Shown: piece by piece, positions 8,854 to 18,807 of the stretch | Position numbering within the stretch: position 1 is the stretch's first letter | Layout of the letters: every line of letters starts with the position of its first letter | Source: Spirochaetota bacterium | GTDB taxonomy: Bacteria > Spirochaetota > UBA12135 > COTS27 > CBDBHE01 | NCBI GenBank assembly: GCA_965205605.1 | Contig: CBDBHE010000008.1 | Location: 117,179 to 181,178, forward strand | DNA length: 64,000 bases | Direction: 5' to 3' | The notes under the pieces: generated by a model | The model's input: the letters and a program-made list of their open reading frames with translations, nothing else | What the model was told of the DNA's origin: nothing | Databases searched by the model: none | Translations under genes and position numbers: made by a program

Positions 8854-10732
8854 AGATTATTTTTTCCTATACTTACTTGCTTTTTTTTGTATGGGAGTTT
8901 TATTTATGATTTATCTCATATTAAAAAACTATAATACTGATGTCGCCTTTCTAAAAAGCTTAAAAACCAAAGAAGCTAATTTTTTTTTTCAAAGAATCAA
9001 TGAAGCTAATACTTTTATTAAAAATCAGCAATATCAATTAGCTATTCGTACTTTAAAATCCTTAGAGCAAGAAGAAATCTTAAAAGAAAAGCAACAACAA
9101 TCCATTTATTTTTTACTAGCTTACGTCAATAAAAGTCTCGGGCTTTATCATACTGCAATCAACTATAGCAAAAAAGCCATTGAAATTAAAAAAGTTCCTC
9201 TTGCTTACTTTATGCTAGGCTCTATTTATGAAAAAATGAATCGACCTTTAGAAGCTGTAAAAAGTTACGAAAAAGCTATTAAAAAAGATCGTTTTTATAT
9301 GAATGCTTATGAGCAACTTGGAAATTTGTTTTTTCAACAAGGTAATTACCAAAAAGCCTTTAAATATTTTGATACAGCAAGTAAAATCTTTAAAAAAGAA
9401 TTATCAATAGGGATTTTAATCAAAAAAACAGCTTGCCTACATTTACTAAAAAAATATAAAGAATCTAATAAAATTATTGAAAAAAAAATCATTCCTGCAA
9501 AATCAAATTATTACAAAGATACTGCCTATTTGATTTCTGCTGTTAATTTTGAAAATTTAAATAAAAATCATAAAGCAAGTTCTTACTATGATAAAGCTTT
9601 ATCTTTGGCTTCTTTAAAAGAACGTCAAACTTATTCTTACTTACAGTCTATTAATTTTATTAAACTAGGCGAAAATGAAAAAGCAATCAAATCAATAAAA
9701 ATCAATAATAGTTTTAGTCTTGAAAGTAATTTAAAACAATACACTCCTAAACAAACTTTAGGTCTTTTATACTTTATAGAAAAAAATTATACCGATAGTG
9801 CCAATGAATTTAGGCAGCTCGCCCCTGTTAATCGAGAAAGTCTTTACTATTATGCGGTTTGCTATTACAAGCTTAAAAATTATCAAAAAGCAATCACTTT
9901 TTTCAAGCCTTTTATTTCAAATAAAGATCTGCTAGACGAGTATACGTTTTCTGCTTTTATTTTAAGTGCGATTGCTTACTCAAAGTTAGGCTATAAAAGT
10001 ATTTGGCCATCTTTACTTGAAGAAGCTATTACTACTTGGAAAACTCGAGAAGAAACCATCTTAACTTTAGGTTACCTTACTTTAAAATATAGACCCAAAT
10101 TATTCCCTGTATTAGTTAAAAAACACCTACCAGATTATCCTAATATCAATCTCATATTAGGTAGTTATTTTAAAAAACATAAAAGATGGCAAGAAGCCTT
10201 AGATGCTTTTATTAAAGTAGCTCAAACTTCTTCTAATAATGGTTTTTTATACAAACAAATTGGAGATATCTATAATCAAATTAAAGATTATAAAAAAGCA
10301 ACCTCTTATTACAAATTATCCCTTAAAAAAGATATTAATAAAGACACTAGAGAAAAAATTATTAATAACTTAGCTTATGCACTAGCAAAACATCAAAAAA
10401 TTGATAACGCTTATAAAATACTTTTAAAAGAAAAATCCAAAACAAAGCTTAGTGTTTATTTTAATTTGTCTTTATTGTCAAAAAATAAAGGAGATATTTT
10501 TAATTATCAATCTTATCTAAATAAAGCAATCGATCATCTTGATGAAGACGAAAACAAAAACCTTCGATCTTTAGTTTTATTAGAGGCAGCAATGAGTGAA
10601 ATTAAAAATAAATCTATACAAAAAGCTACAGAATATTTAAAAAAAGCCATTAAAGAAAACCCTAAAAATATGAAAGCTGAATATTTATTAAAAAATAAAC
10701 TTTCTTTATTCAATTCCTCTGCCTTTTATTAG
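8831..10732 (+). CDS. Membrane-anchored tetratricopeptide repeat protein
   Basis: N-terminal TM segment; many TPR-like units (AYFMLGSIYEKM...EAVKSYEKAI). Confidence 0.8.
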   Translation: MASKKKNKDYFFLYLLAFFCMGVLFMIYLILKNYNTDVAFLKSLKTKEANFFFQRINEANTFIKNQQYQLAIRTLKSLEQEEILKEKQQQSIYFLLAYVNKSLGLYHTAINYSKKAIEIKKVPLAYFMLGSIYEKMNRPLEAVKSYEKAIKKDRFYMNAYEQLGNLFFQQGNYQKAFKYFDTASKIFKKELSIGILIKKTACLHLLKKYKESNKIIEKKIIPAKSNYYKDTAYLISAVNFENLNKNHKASSYYDKALSLASLKERQTYSYLQSINFIKLGENEKAIKSIKINNSFSLESNLKQYTPKQTLGLLYFIEKNYTDSANEFRQLAPVNRESLYYYAVCYYKLKNYQKAITFFKPFISNKDLLDEYTFSAFILSAIAYSKLGYKSIWPSLLEEAITTWKTREETILTLGYLTLKYRPKLFPVLVKKHLPDYPNINLILGSYFKKHKRWQEALDAFIKVAQTSSNNGFLYKQIGDIYNQIKDYKKATSYYKLSLKKDINKDTREKIINNLAYALAKHQKIDNAYKILLKEKSKTKLSVYFNLSLLSKNKGDIFNYQSYLNKAIDHLDEDENKNLRSLVLLEAAMSEIKNKSIQKATEYLKKAIKENPKNMKAEYLLKNKLSLFNSSAFY

Positions 10733-11436
10733 TGAAACAATACTTTATTATCACAGGGGGAATTAAGCGAATTGGAGCTAAAATTGCTGAATTTTTAGTT
10801 AATACCTATGGCTATAGTCTCATTATTCATTACCATAAATCTCATAATGAAGCTTTAAAAATAAAGAAAAAACTAGAAAAAATAAATAAGATTGAAGTCA
10901 AATTATTAAAAGCAGATTTAACAATAATACAAAAAAATTTCATCCGAAAATGCTTGTCTCTTGGCAAACCTATTGTAGGACTTATTAATAATGCTTCTGT
11001 TTTTTTAGAAGGTAATCTTAAAAATGGAAACCATTTAATGAATCAAATTAGCCTTCATGCCCTTAGCCCTTTATCCCTTACTCAGCAATACCAAAAATTA
11101 ATTAATAAAGGAGTCATTATCAACATAACTGATGCTAATTTAAAAAGAAGCCTTGAGTTTCAAAATTATCAAATCAGTAAAAAAATCTTACAAGAAATTA
11201 CTCTAGCTTCCGCTTTAGCTCTAGCTCCTAATATTAGAGTAAATAGTATTGCTCCAGGTCCTCTAATTCCCTTAGAAAATGAAACTGAAAACAATTGGAA
11301 ACAAAGAACCCAAAACCTTCCTTTAAAATCACCCCTTAAAATAGAAAATGCTTTAGATTGTTTGAAATTTATTCTTAATGCTTCTTTTTTAACAGGGCAA
11401 ACTCTTTATGCTGATAATGGGGCTCACCTTCTTTAA
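10732..11436 (+). CDS. SDR oxidoreductase, pteridine reductase/FolM-like
   Basis: TGGIKRIG, HYHKS, NNASVF, YxxxK (YQISK), RVNSIAPG. Confidence 0.8.
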   Translation: MKQYFIITGGIKRIGAKIAEFLVNTYGYSLIIHYHKSHNEALKIKKKLEKINKIEVKLLKADLTIIQKNFIRKCLSLGKPIVGLINNASVFLEGNLKNGNHLMNQISLHALSPLSLTQQYQKLINKGVIINITDANLKRSLEFQNYQISKKILQEITLASALALAPNIRVNSIAPGPLIPLENETENNWKQRTQNLPLKSPLKIENALDCLKFILNASFLTGQTLYADNGAHLL

Positions 11437-11463
11437 TTTTTTAAAAAAGAAAAAAAAATTCAC

Positions 11464-11484
11464 TATAGTTTATAATAAACTATA
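11464..11484. promoter_or_regulatory. Perfect inverted repeat TATAGTTTA-TAA-TAAACTATA overlapping a TATAAT -10
   Basis: 9-bp arms read directly; about 27 nt upstream of the ORF at 11512. Confidence 0.5.
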
Positions 11485-11511
11485 ATAAATTTTTGATCAA
11501 AGAGAAAAATA

Positions 11512-13035
11512 ATGAAAGAAACTAAAAATAAAGAAGCCGAAGAAAAAGAAAAGGTTTTTTTTAATATTTTTAAAATTATTTATCAAATTAATTTAGAAAC
11601 CAAAAAAACAGCTCATATTGAACAAATAAAAAAAACTTATTTACTTAAATTTAATGAAAAAGAAAGTATTCAAATTCACTGGAAAAGACTCAATGAAGAA
11701 ATCCCTAAAGTATTTAAAATGGATGATCGTACTTATGTTATTGGCATTAGAAAAATCTTAAAGATGTTATTTTCAAAATTAGAGTATGAATTATCTTTCA
11801 AGCCTCAAGGAAATGCTGCCAGGAAAATAGAGACTGAAAAGGAAAGATTAAAAGATATTTTAAGGGTCATTAATAATCAAGAATTTGACGCAGAAACACA
11901 CGCTAATATTAGAAATAAATACTCTCTTATTTACGATAAAATATTTGCTACTTTATCACAAATAAGAAAAAAACTAGAATTATCCTTTCAATTTACAGAA
12001 AGATTTCTTATTACAGAAAAAAAAATTTTTCTTGACCCATCAATAGAAACTCTACTCCCTGATCCTATTGAAAGAACACTTGCTATTGATCAAGTTTTAG
12101 ATTTAATTCATAGCCATCAGCTTGCTTTTATTGGGAAATTTATTGACCCAGAAACACAAGCTATTGAATATTTTTATTTTGATTTAGGGCTTATTACAGA
12201 AGAAAAAAATGCTCTTTTAGTGAAAAAAATACAAAATGGTTTGCGCTTTCAAAGAAATAACAAAATTCTAAAACAAGTTATTGAAGAAATTAAAAAATTT
12301 GAATCTGTTAAAAAATTCAAATACTATTTTCAAGGGTTTAAAAATATTAATGACAGTCTTAAAAAACTCAAATTCATACTTTTAGAAACTCACTCTCCTA
12401 TAGAGATAGTTTTTGAAGAAATCTTAAAACAAATTAGTAAACTTAATGATGATTATCTCAATTTATTAACCTCTTATAAGCAAACTTCTTTTATAAAAGC
12501 AGAAGTGGCTCAAATTAAAAGTTACCTTACTTCTTGTACCGAGATCTTACAAACTCTCAAAAAACAAACTAAAGAATCTAGTTTACTTTTTAAAATTTTT
12601 ATCAAAAGTTATATTCAAAAAGAAAATTTCTTAAATATTACAGAAGAGCACGATATCATTCAAATTGCTTATAAAACAGCCAATTTACCAAAAGATATGA
12701 GCATTAAAAAAAGAATCATTTCAGAAATGTGGGAAGACTTCACTCAAGCTTTAAAACAACATTTATCAAGATATGATATCTATACTAGTTATAGAGAAAA
12801 CGATAATAAAAAAAGTGATATCATCATTCACTATGAATTATTATCAATTTATAAAAACCAAAATCAAAAAACAATTTATCTATTTGATGGAAATTATGAA
12901 ATGGAAATCGATGAAAATGGGGAAATGAAAAAAAAACCCTTAGCCACTTGGAGCCCATATCAAGAATATATCCCTTTGCTAATCAGAGGGATACTTGCCT
13001 ATTATAAAACATTAAATATTTTTTCGTATATTTAA
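11512..13035 (+). CDS. Hypothetical soluble protein (507 aa)
   Basis: Long ORF with ATG and AGAG upstream; no recognised motif. Confidence 0.75.
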   Translation: MKETKNKEAEEKEKVFFNIFKIIYQINLETKKTAHIEQIKKTYLLKFNEKESIQIHWKRLNEEIPKVFKMDDRTYVIGIRKILKMLFSKLEYELSFKPQGNAARKIETEKERLKDILRVINNQEFDAETHANIRNKYSLIYDKIFATLSQIRKKLELSFQFTERFLITEKKIFLDPSIETLLPDPIERTLAIDQVLDLIHSHQLAFIGKFIDPETQAIEYFYFDLGLITEEKNALLVKKIQNGLRFQRNNKILKQVIEEIKKFESVKKFKYYFQGFKNINDSLKKLKFILLETHSPIEIVFEEILKQISKLNDDYLNLLTSYKQTSFIKAEVAQIKSYLTSCTEILQTLKKQTKESSLLFKIFIKSYIQKENFLNITEEHDIIQIAYKTANLPKDMSIKKRIISEMWEDFTQALKQHLSRYDIYTSYRENDNKKSDIIIHYELLSIYKNQNQKTIYLFDGNYEMEIDENGEMKKKPLATWSPYQEYIPLLIRGILAYYKTLNIFSYI

Positions 13036-14438
13036 AAATTTTTTAAAATTTTCTCAAGTCTTTTTCTAAAGTAATCTTCTCTTTGATTATTTAAAATACT
13101 TTTTTTCTTTAACTTTAAATAAGTCTTTTTAAATTTGAGGCGATCAATAAATTGCCCTTTGGAAAGATGACTCCATGCTTTGCTTTTTTTTTGAGGTTTG
13201 CTTTTTGTAAGATAATCAAATTCTAAAATTTTTAAATGACAAGCCGTTTGTGTTTCTTTAAAAAGTTTTTCATATAAAGCAAGCTTGTGATCTGTATAAG
13301 TTTTATTATCATTTTTTTCAAGTAAAATAGTCTTATCCATCAATGTTTCAAAAGGAGTTAATTTATGACAAAAATTAAAATACATTTCTTCTGTTGTATT
13401 TGAAAGACTATGGTATTTAAAAGGACTTATTTTAAAATCGATTCCAAAAAGCATCACTTCTTGAAAACCCAAATTTTTTAAAACAGTAAAAGCACTATTA
13501 ATCACAGTCCCGTTCATTGGGATCAACAGAGATTCATTAATATGTAAGCATTGTTTTAATACTTCATAATGTTCTTCTAAATCAATAAAATAAAAAGTGT
13601 TTTCAAAACGTCTTGTGATCCCTTCATAAATAGAAAAAGGCACAATCAACGGGATAGAAGTTTCCTTAATTCTAGAAAAATGCACTCCATTATAATAACC
13701 TCCATCGCTAGAAATAAGAAAATCAACAGGTATTTTATATTGCTTAAGAAGAGGGTAAATCCCTGGTAAGCTAAAAACAAAAGCTTCTGCAGACCATTTT
13801 TTAATAAGAGAAAGGTGCTCTTCTGTTGAAAGACCACTTGAAACAAGGATGGCTTTATGACAATTTTTACTTTTAAAAACAAGATCATTAGTAAAACAAA
13901 TCTTTTGTTTTCTTTTTACTTGTTTTAAAAAATTAAAGTCCCATATTAAATCAAAATAAGTATTTGTTGTATAGAGTTTTGAAAAATTAGAAAAAAAATC
14001 AAGAATACCTGACTGCATTGTTTTAATATTTTCTTCTCCCTCATAAGGAGAGGGGATAAAAAAACAATCTTTTAAAAAATTACCTTGATCTTGATTAGAA
14101 AAATAATTAGTGAAATGGTGACTATTTTTAAAAATTGTAATTGCTAGACTTGAAAGAGAAAATTTTAAGTTTTTATTTAAACGCTTAAAAAAATCATTTT
14201 GATCAAGCATTTCACTTAAGTAAGCATCAATAACAAAAACATTCTTCTCTTCTTTTAAGGCATGTAAAATAGGATAAAAAGGAGCCCCTCCTAAAAAAAT
14301 AACATTTTTTTTATTATTTTGACAAAAATTTTGCCATATTCTTTCAGCTTCTTTTATAGGATTAAAAATAGAACTATAGGCTTTTTCTCCTATATACAGG
14401 CATTCTCCTTCTTTTTTGGCTTGAACGAAACGAATCAA
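13032..14438 (-). CDS. Maf/DUF115 (MptE-like) family protein
   Basis: YSSIFNPIKEAER, SSGLS, DFLISSDGGYYN, MNGTVINSA, FGIDF. Confidence 0.75.
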   Translation of the reverse strand: MIRFVQAKKEGECLYIGEKAYSSIFNPIKEAERIWQNFCQNNKKNVIFLGGAPFYPILHALKEEKNVFVIDAYLSEMLDQNDFFKRLNKNLKFSLSSLAITIFKNSHHFTNYFSNQDQGNFLKDCFFIPSPYEGEENIKTMQSGILDFFSNFSKLYTTNTYFDLIWDFNFLKQVKRKQKICFTNDLVFKSKNCHKAILVSSGLSTEEHLSLIKKWSAEAFVFSLPGIYPLLKQYKIPVDFLISSDGGYYNGVHFSRIKETSIPLIVPFSIYEGITRRFENTFYFIDLEEHYEVLKQCLHINESLLIPMNGTVINSAFTVLKNLGFQEVMLFGIDFKISPFKYHSLSNTTEEMYFNFCHKLTPFETLMDKTILLEKNDNKTYTDHKLALYEKLFKETQTACHLKILEFDYLTKSKPQKKSKAWSHLSKGQFIDRLKFKKTYLKLKKKSILNNQREDYFRKRLEKILKNF

Positions 14439-15817
14439 GAATTAATTTTTTCCTTTGAAATTAAAGAAGAAAACGAAAAATTTCCTTTTAAAAAATCATT
14501 CATTTGATAGTTGTCAAGTATTTTTACTTGGTTAGAAATAAGATGTTTTTTATTAAAAACCAAGTTAACAGCACTTTTTGCTGAATAATAATAAATTGAT
14601 TTTATCTGCTGATTGATTGAAAATTCTTTAAGTTGATCTAAAAAAGCTTCTTCTTTTGCATCTTCTAAATAGATATTAATACCAAAAACTAAAGAAACAT
14701 CTTTTACTTTAATAACAATTTTTGCAAAGAAATTATTAAGTATTTCAATTGTTTCTATTTTTATTGCTTTGTTTTTAGCAGCACCAGAAAGATAATTGTT
14801 AAAACTGGCTTCATCTTTACAAAGAAACATACCCAATACAAAAGGATGTTTTTTGACGATAGGGGTTAAAAACTCTATTATTTCTTCATTGTTTTTAAAA
14901 GGCTTGCCTTTTTTATAAGTCATTTGAAGTTGAATTAAACATTCTTGTAATTTTTTTTTTTGTAAAAGAAAATTGGCATACAAATATCTTGCTTCTAAAA
15001 CAATTCCTTGATAATCATTTTTAATTTTAGGAAGGGTTTTTTCAAAAATGCCACTTGCTTCATTGATTTTTTTTTGATGATAAAAAACAAGACCTTTTAA
15101 AAGAGCTGTTTCATCTTGAAAACTTTTATCGTTTTCAATTAAAAGGATGAGGTTAATAACTTCTTCAAATTGCTTGAGGAAAAAAGCACATTTTGCTTTT
15201 AAAAGAATAAAACGATTTTCTTTTGGGTAAGCTTTTAGAGCTTCATCAGTTATATAATATGCTTTTTTATACAGCCCATTATAATAATGAATATAACTTA
15301 AACAATAAGCAATTTGACTAGAATTACTTTTAAGCTCATACGCTTTTTCTAAAAAAGGCAAAGCTCCTCCATAGTTTTTCATTCGATAAAAAATTAAAGC
15401 AATTTTTTCATTGGCAATTAAATGATCATTGTCTTTTTGGATTAGATAATGATAAGCTTCTATGGCTTTTTTAAATTTTTCCATTTTTTCATAAATTTCT
15501 GCAATCGATAAACAAACTCCTATTTCACTGACTTCGCTTGTAAAAATATTTCTTTTTTTGATTTCAGTTAAATGATAAAGACATAAATAGTAATTTTTTT
15601 GTTTATATAAAACATCAAAAAATTTCATCTGATTTTCAGGAAGAATCTTTTTAACCTCAGGAAGTGTATTTAAAATGCTTAATGCTTTATCAAAATCTTC
15701 TGATTTAATAAGTGCATCAATTTTTTTTATTTTATTTGGATAGCGATAATTATTATTAATAAAAATAGAAATGAAAATTAAAAATAAAATTCCTATAAAA
15801 AAAATAAAAAAACTCAT
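14435..15817 (-). CDS. Membrane-anchored TPR protein
   Basis: N-terminal TM segment then TPR-like repeats. Confidence 0.75.
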   Translation of the reverse strand: MSFFIFFIGILFLIFISIFINNNYRYPNKIKKIDALIKSEDFDKALSILNTLPEVKKILPENQMKFFDVLYKQKNYYLCLYHLTEIKKRNIFTSEVSEIGVCLSIAEIYEKMEKFKKAIEAYHYLIQKDNDHLIANEKIALIFYRMKNYGGALPFLEKAYELKSNSSQIAYCLSYIHYYNGLYKKAYYITDEALKAYPKENRFILLKAKCAFFLKQFEEVINLILLIENDKSFQDETALLKGLVFYHQKKINEASGIFEKTLPKIKNDYQGIVLEARYLYANFLLQKKKLQECLIQLQMTYKKGKPFKNNEEIIEFLTPIVKKHPFVLGMFLCKDEASFNNYLSGAAKNKAIKIETIEILNNFFAKIVIKVKDVSLVFGINIYLEDAKEEAFLDQLKEFSINQQIKSIYYYSAKSAVNLVFNKKHLISNQVKILDNYQMNDFLKGNFSFSSLISKEKINS

Positions 15818-15890
15818 CTTATCTTATAATCGGCTAAAAGAAATAAACACTTCAAATCTCTTAATTAAATTATTTTTTATTTTTAAAAAT

Positions 15891-17108
15891 TTAAATTAAT
15901 TCAAAAACAACTAAGGAACGTATTTTTTTTTCAAGTTTCAAAATCTTTTCATGATTATCAGCAACAATAAGAACATTGACTGCTTTCATAAGGTTATTTT
16001 TTGGGATTTTGATTGTTTCTCCTACTTTAACATTAAGAAAAATATTCTTAACTCCTTTAATTTTTGAAATTTTATTTATCCCATGTATTTTCTTAATAGT
16101 CCCCCCATTACCAATGATACCAAGATCCATCGCCACTTGATTTTTTTTAACTTCAAGATCTGTTGGCTTAATACCAAAAGTAACTTGTAAAATAGCTTTC
16201 ATCAAATTAACTCCACTATAATATGGATACGTATAAGCAGACATATATCCTCCCGAAAGTCTAGAAGCAATTTCTCCAATAAAAGCTCCTTCCTTTGGAT
16301 TAAAACGAATATCTCCTTTTGCTGCTCCTTGCTTAATATTCATGGCTTTAATCGCTGATTTAAAAGCTTGTATGACTTGAGAAACAACAAGCGAATCTTT
16401 TTGAGATGGAATGGTATGAGTTAATTCTACAAAATAAGGAGCCCCTATAATCTTTCGATCAGCAATCCCTGTAATGTGAATTTTTTTATTATAAATAAGA
16501 GCATCTAAAGAAAACTCATCCCCTTGGATATAGGACTCAATAATAATTCTTTTTTTTTTTGAGAAAACAAAAGCTTCTTTACTAGCTTGATGCAAATCTT
16601 CTTTTCTATCGACTCGCCTCACTCCCCTAGACCCCATAGAATCTACTGGCTTAACAACAGCTGGAAAAGAAAAAGGTAATACTAAATCTTTCAAATGATT
16701 TAAATCATTTAAAACAATAAACTTTGCTTGGGGGCAATTAGCTTTAAATAATCTTTTTCGCATTGCTTCTTTATCGGTTGTTGCAAGAGCGTCTTCTAAA
16801 GGCAGTCCTCCTAAAATTTTAAGCTTTTTAGCAATATGAGAAACCGTTAAAGAAAAATCAGTCCCTACTGTAAGCACTGCATCAAGCAAGCGAATATTCT
16901 TATGAAATAAAAAAGCTTTATTAGTTGCTTGGTCAATATTTGAAATACTCTCTATAATAACACTACTTGTTTTTTGCATTCCAATTGCTTTTTTATTTTG
17001 ATCCATCACAACAACATGCATTTTATTCAAAAGAGCTTCTTCAATAAGAGGAAGCTGCATTCTTGACCCTCCTAAGATTAAAACTGTTTTTCCTGATAAT
17101 GACTTCAT
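15891..17108 (-). CDS. ATP-grasp ligase
   Basis: DKEAMR, VVKPVDSMGSRGV, IIESYIQGDEFS, GEIASRLSGG. Confidence 0.88.
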   Translation of the reverse strand: MKSLSGKTVLILGGSRMQLPLIEEALLNKMHVVVMDQNKKAIGMQKTSSVIIESISNIDQATNKAFLFHKNIRLLDAVLTVGTDFSLTVSHIAKKLKILGGLPLEDALATTDKEAMRKRLFKANCPQAKFIVLNDLNHLKDLVLPFSFPAVVKPVDSMGSRGVRRVDRKEDLHQASKEAFVFSKKKRIIIESYIQGDEFSLDALIYNKKIHITGIADRKIIGAPYFVELTHTIPSQKDSLVVSQVIQAFKSAIKAMNIKQGAAKGDIRFNPKEGAFIGEIASRLSGGYMSAYTYPYYSGVNLMKAILQVTFGIKPTDLEVKKNQVAMDLGIIGNGGTIKKIHGINKISKIKGVKNIFLNVKVGETIKIPKNNLMKAVNVLIVADNHEKILKLEKKIRSLVVFELI

Positions 17109-17137
17109 AAAAAAATAATAGTGTGAAATAATACCCT

Positions 17138-18370
17138 ATGCAATTTTTATATTACTTTTTATATAACCTTTTAGTTTCTTTATATTATTTATTTTATTTT
17201 TTATTAAGCCCTTTTTTACTAATAATTGACCCTAAAAAAGTAAAACAAAGACTTGGTTTATTTAAAGTGTCTAGAAAAGATTATTGGATTCATGCCGTTA
17301 GCTCTGGTGAAATCATTTTAGCCAATTTTATCATTTCTTTAAATCCTTCAAAAACTTTTTTAATCACTCTAATGTCAAATAATGGTTACAAATTAGCCAA
17401 AAAATTGTACGAAAATCATAAAAAAGTAACTTTTTGCTACCTTGCTTTTGATTTGTACCCCATTAGTAAAAAATTAGTCAAGCAAGTAAACCCTAAAAAA
17501 TTCTTTGTTATCGAACACGACCTTTGGCCTAATTTATTAAATCATCTCCATAAAAATAAAATCAAAAGAATTCTTCTTAATGCTGCTTTAAAACCTAAGG
17601 ATTTATTTTATTTGAAGAAATTTCCTAATTTAGCTAAGTTTATTTATCAAGTAGATGAAATTTTTTTTCAAAACAAATCTTATGAAAATTCCTTAAAACC
17701 TTTTTTATCTTATAATACAACCTTAAAAACTATCGGTAATTTAAAATACACCAAAGCTCTTTTACAAAAAAAAATCAATCAAAACTCTTTGAAAACATTC
17801 AAACAAAATAACCAATTTATTATTACACTAGGTTCCACACACCAAAAAGAAGAAAAACAATTAATTAAAGCAATTGAAAAATGGATCGGTAACAAAGTAA
17901 CTGTAATCATCATTCCAAGAAATCCAAATAGAGCCACTTCACTTTATCGTTATTTTTCTAAAAAATATAAAACAATCATTTATTCAAAATGGTTGTCTTC
18001 AAAAAATAAAAAAACAGATATTCTTATTATTAATCAAATGGGTATTAGTTTAGAATGCTATAATCTTTCTGAAATTGTTTTAATAGGGGATACTTTTTTT
18101 CCTTCTCAAGGAGGTCATAACTTTTTAGAGCCTCTTTCATTGCAAAAGGCTACATTTTATGGGAAGTTTATGATATCTTATTTAGATATTACATCTTATT
18201 TTGAAAAAGAAAAAGGGGTCATTCGACTCTTACCTAACAAAATAGAAGAGACCCTTAAAACTTATATTTTCAACAAGCAAAAACGACTTGAATTAGCAAA
18301 AAAAGGGAAACAATGCATTGAAAAAATTATGACGAATGAAACAATAATAAAAAAAAATCTTTTTAATTAA
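17138..18370 (+). CDS. waaA: Kdo transferase
   Basis: WIHAVSSGE, EHDLWPN, GNLKY, GSTH, IPRNPNR, GGHNFLEP. Confidence 0.9.
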   Translation: MQFLYYFLYNLLVSLYYLFYFLLSPFLLIIDPKKVKQRLGLFKVSRKDYWIHAVSSGEIILANFIISLNPSKTFLITLMSNNGYKLAKKLYENHKKVTFCYLAFDLYPISKKLVKQVNPKKFFVIEHDLWPNLLNHLHKNKIKRILLNAALKPKDLFYLKKFPNLAKFIYQVDEIFFQNKSYENSLKPFLSYNTTLKTIGNLKYTKALLQKKINQNSLKTFKQNNQFIITLGSTHQKEEKQLIKAIEKWIGNKVTVIIIPRNPNRATSLYRYFSKKYKTIIYSKWLSSKNKKTDILIINQMGISLECYNLSEIVLIGDTFFPSQGGHNFLEPLSLQKATFYGKFMISYLDITSYFEKEKGVIRLLPNKIEETLKTYIFNKQKRLELAKKGKQCIEKIMTNETIIKKNLFN

Positions 18371-18373
18371 ACA

Positions 18374-18805
18374 ATGGACCTTCAAAAAAATATCTTTCCA
18401 AAAAAAAAAATAAGAAATTATTTAATTAATATTAGTATTTCCATATTAATTGTTTTTTTATTTCGATTTTTTATTTTTAAAACTCAAATCATTCACTCTA
18501 ATTCAATGTTTCCAACCCTTAAAAAAGGGGATCATGTGCTTACAATTAAGTATTTTGATTTTATTCCGTTATCTTTTTTAGAAAAAAAAATTATTTGCTT
18601 TAAAAGTGATCAATTAAATCATATTGAAAACAATATTCAATTAGTTAAAAGAATCAAAAAAATAAACAAATCTATTTTTGTTGTAGGTGATAATCTAAAT
18701 AATAGTATTGATTCTAGATTATTTGGAGAAATTTCAAAATCTAATCTTACTGGGATTCCTCTGTTTGTTTACTATCCTTTTAATAGAATTCATTTCCTTT
18801 TATAA
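18374..18805 (+). CDS. Signal peptidase I (S26 family), short form
   Basis: TM segment, SNSMFPTL (Ser), LVKRI (Lys), GDNLNNSIDSRLFG. Confidence 0.88.
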   Translation: MDLQKNIFPKKKIRNYLINISISILIVFLFRFFIFKTQIIHSNSMFPTLKKGDHVLTIKYFDFIPLSFLEKKIICFKSDQLNHIENNIQLVKRIKKINKSIFVVGDNLNNSIDSRLFGEISKSNLTGIPLFVYYPFNRIHFLL

Positions 18806-18807
18806 GA

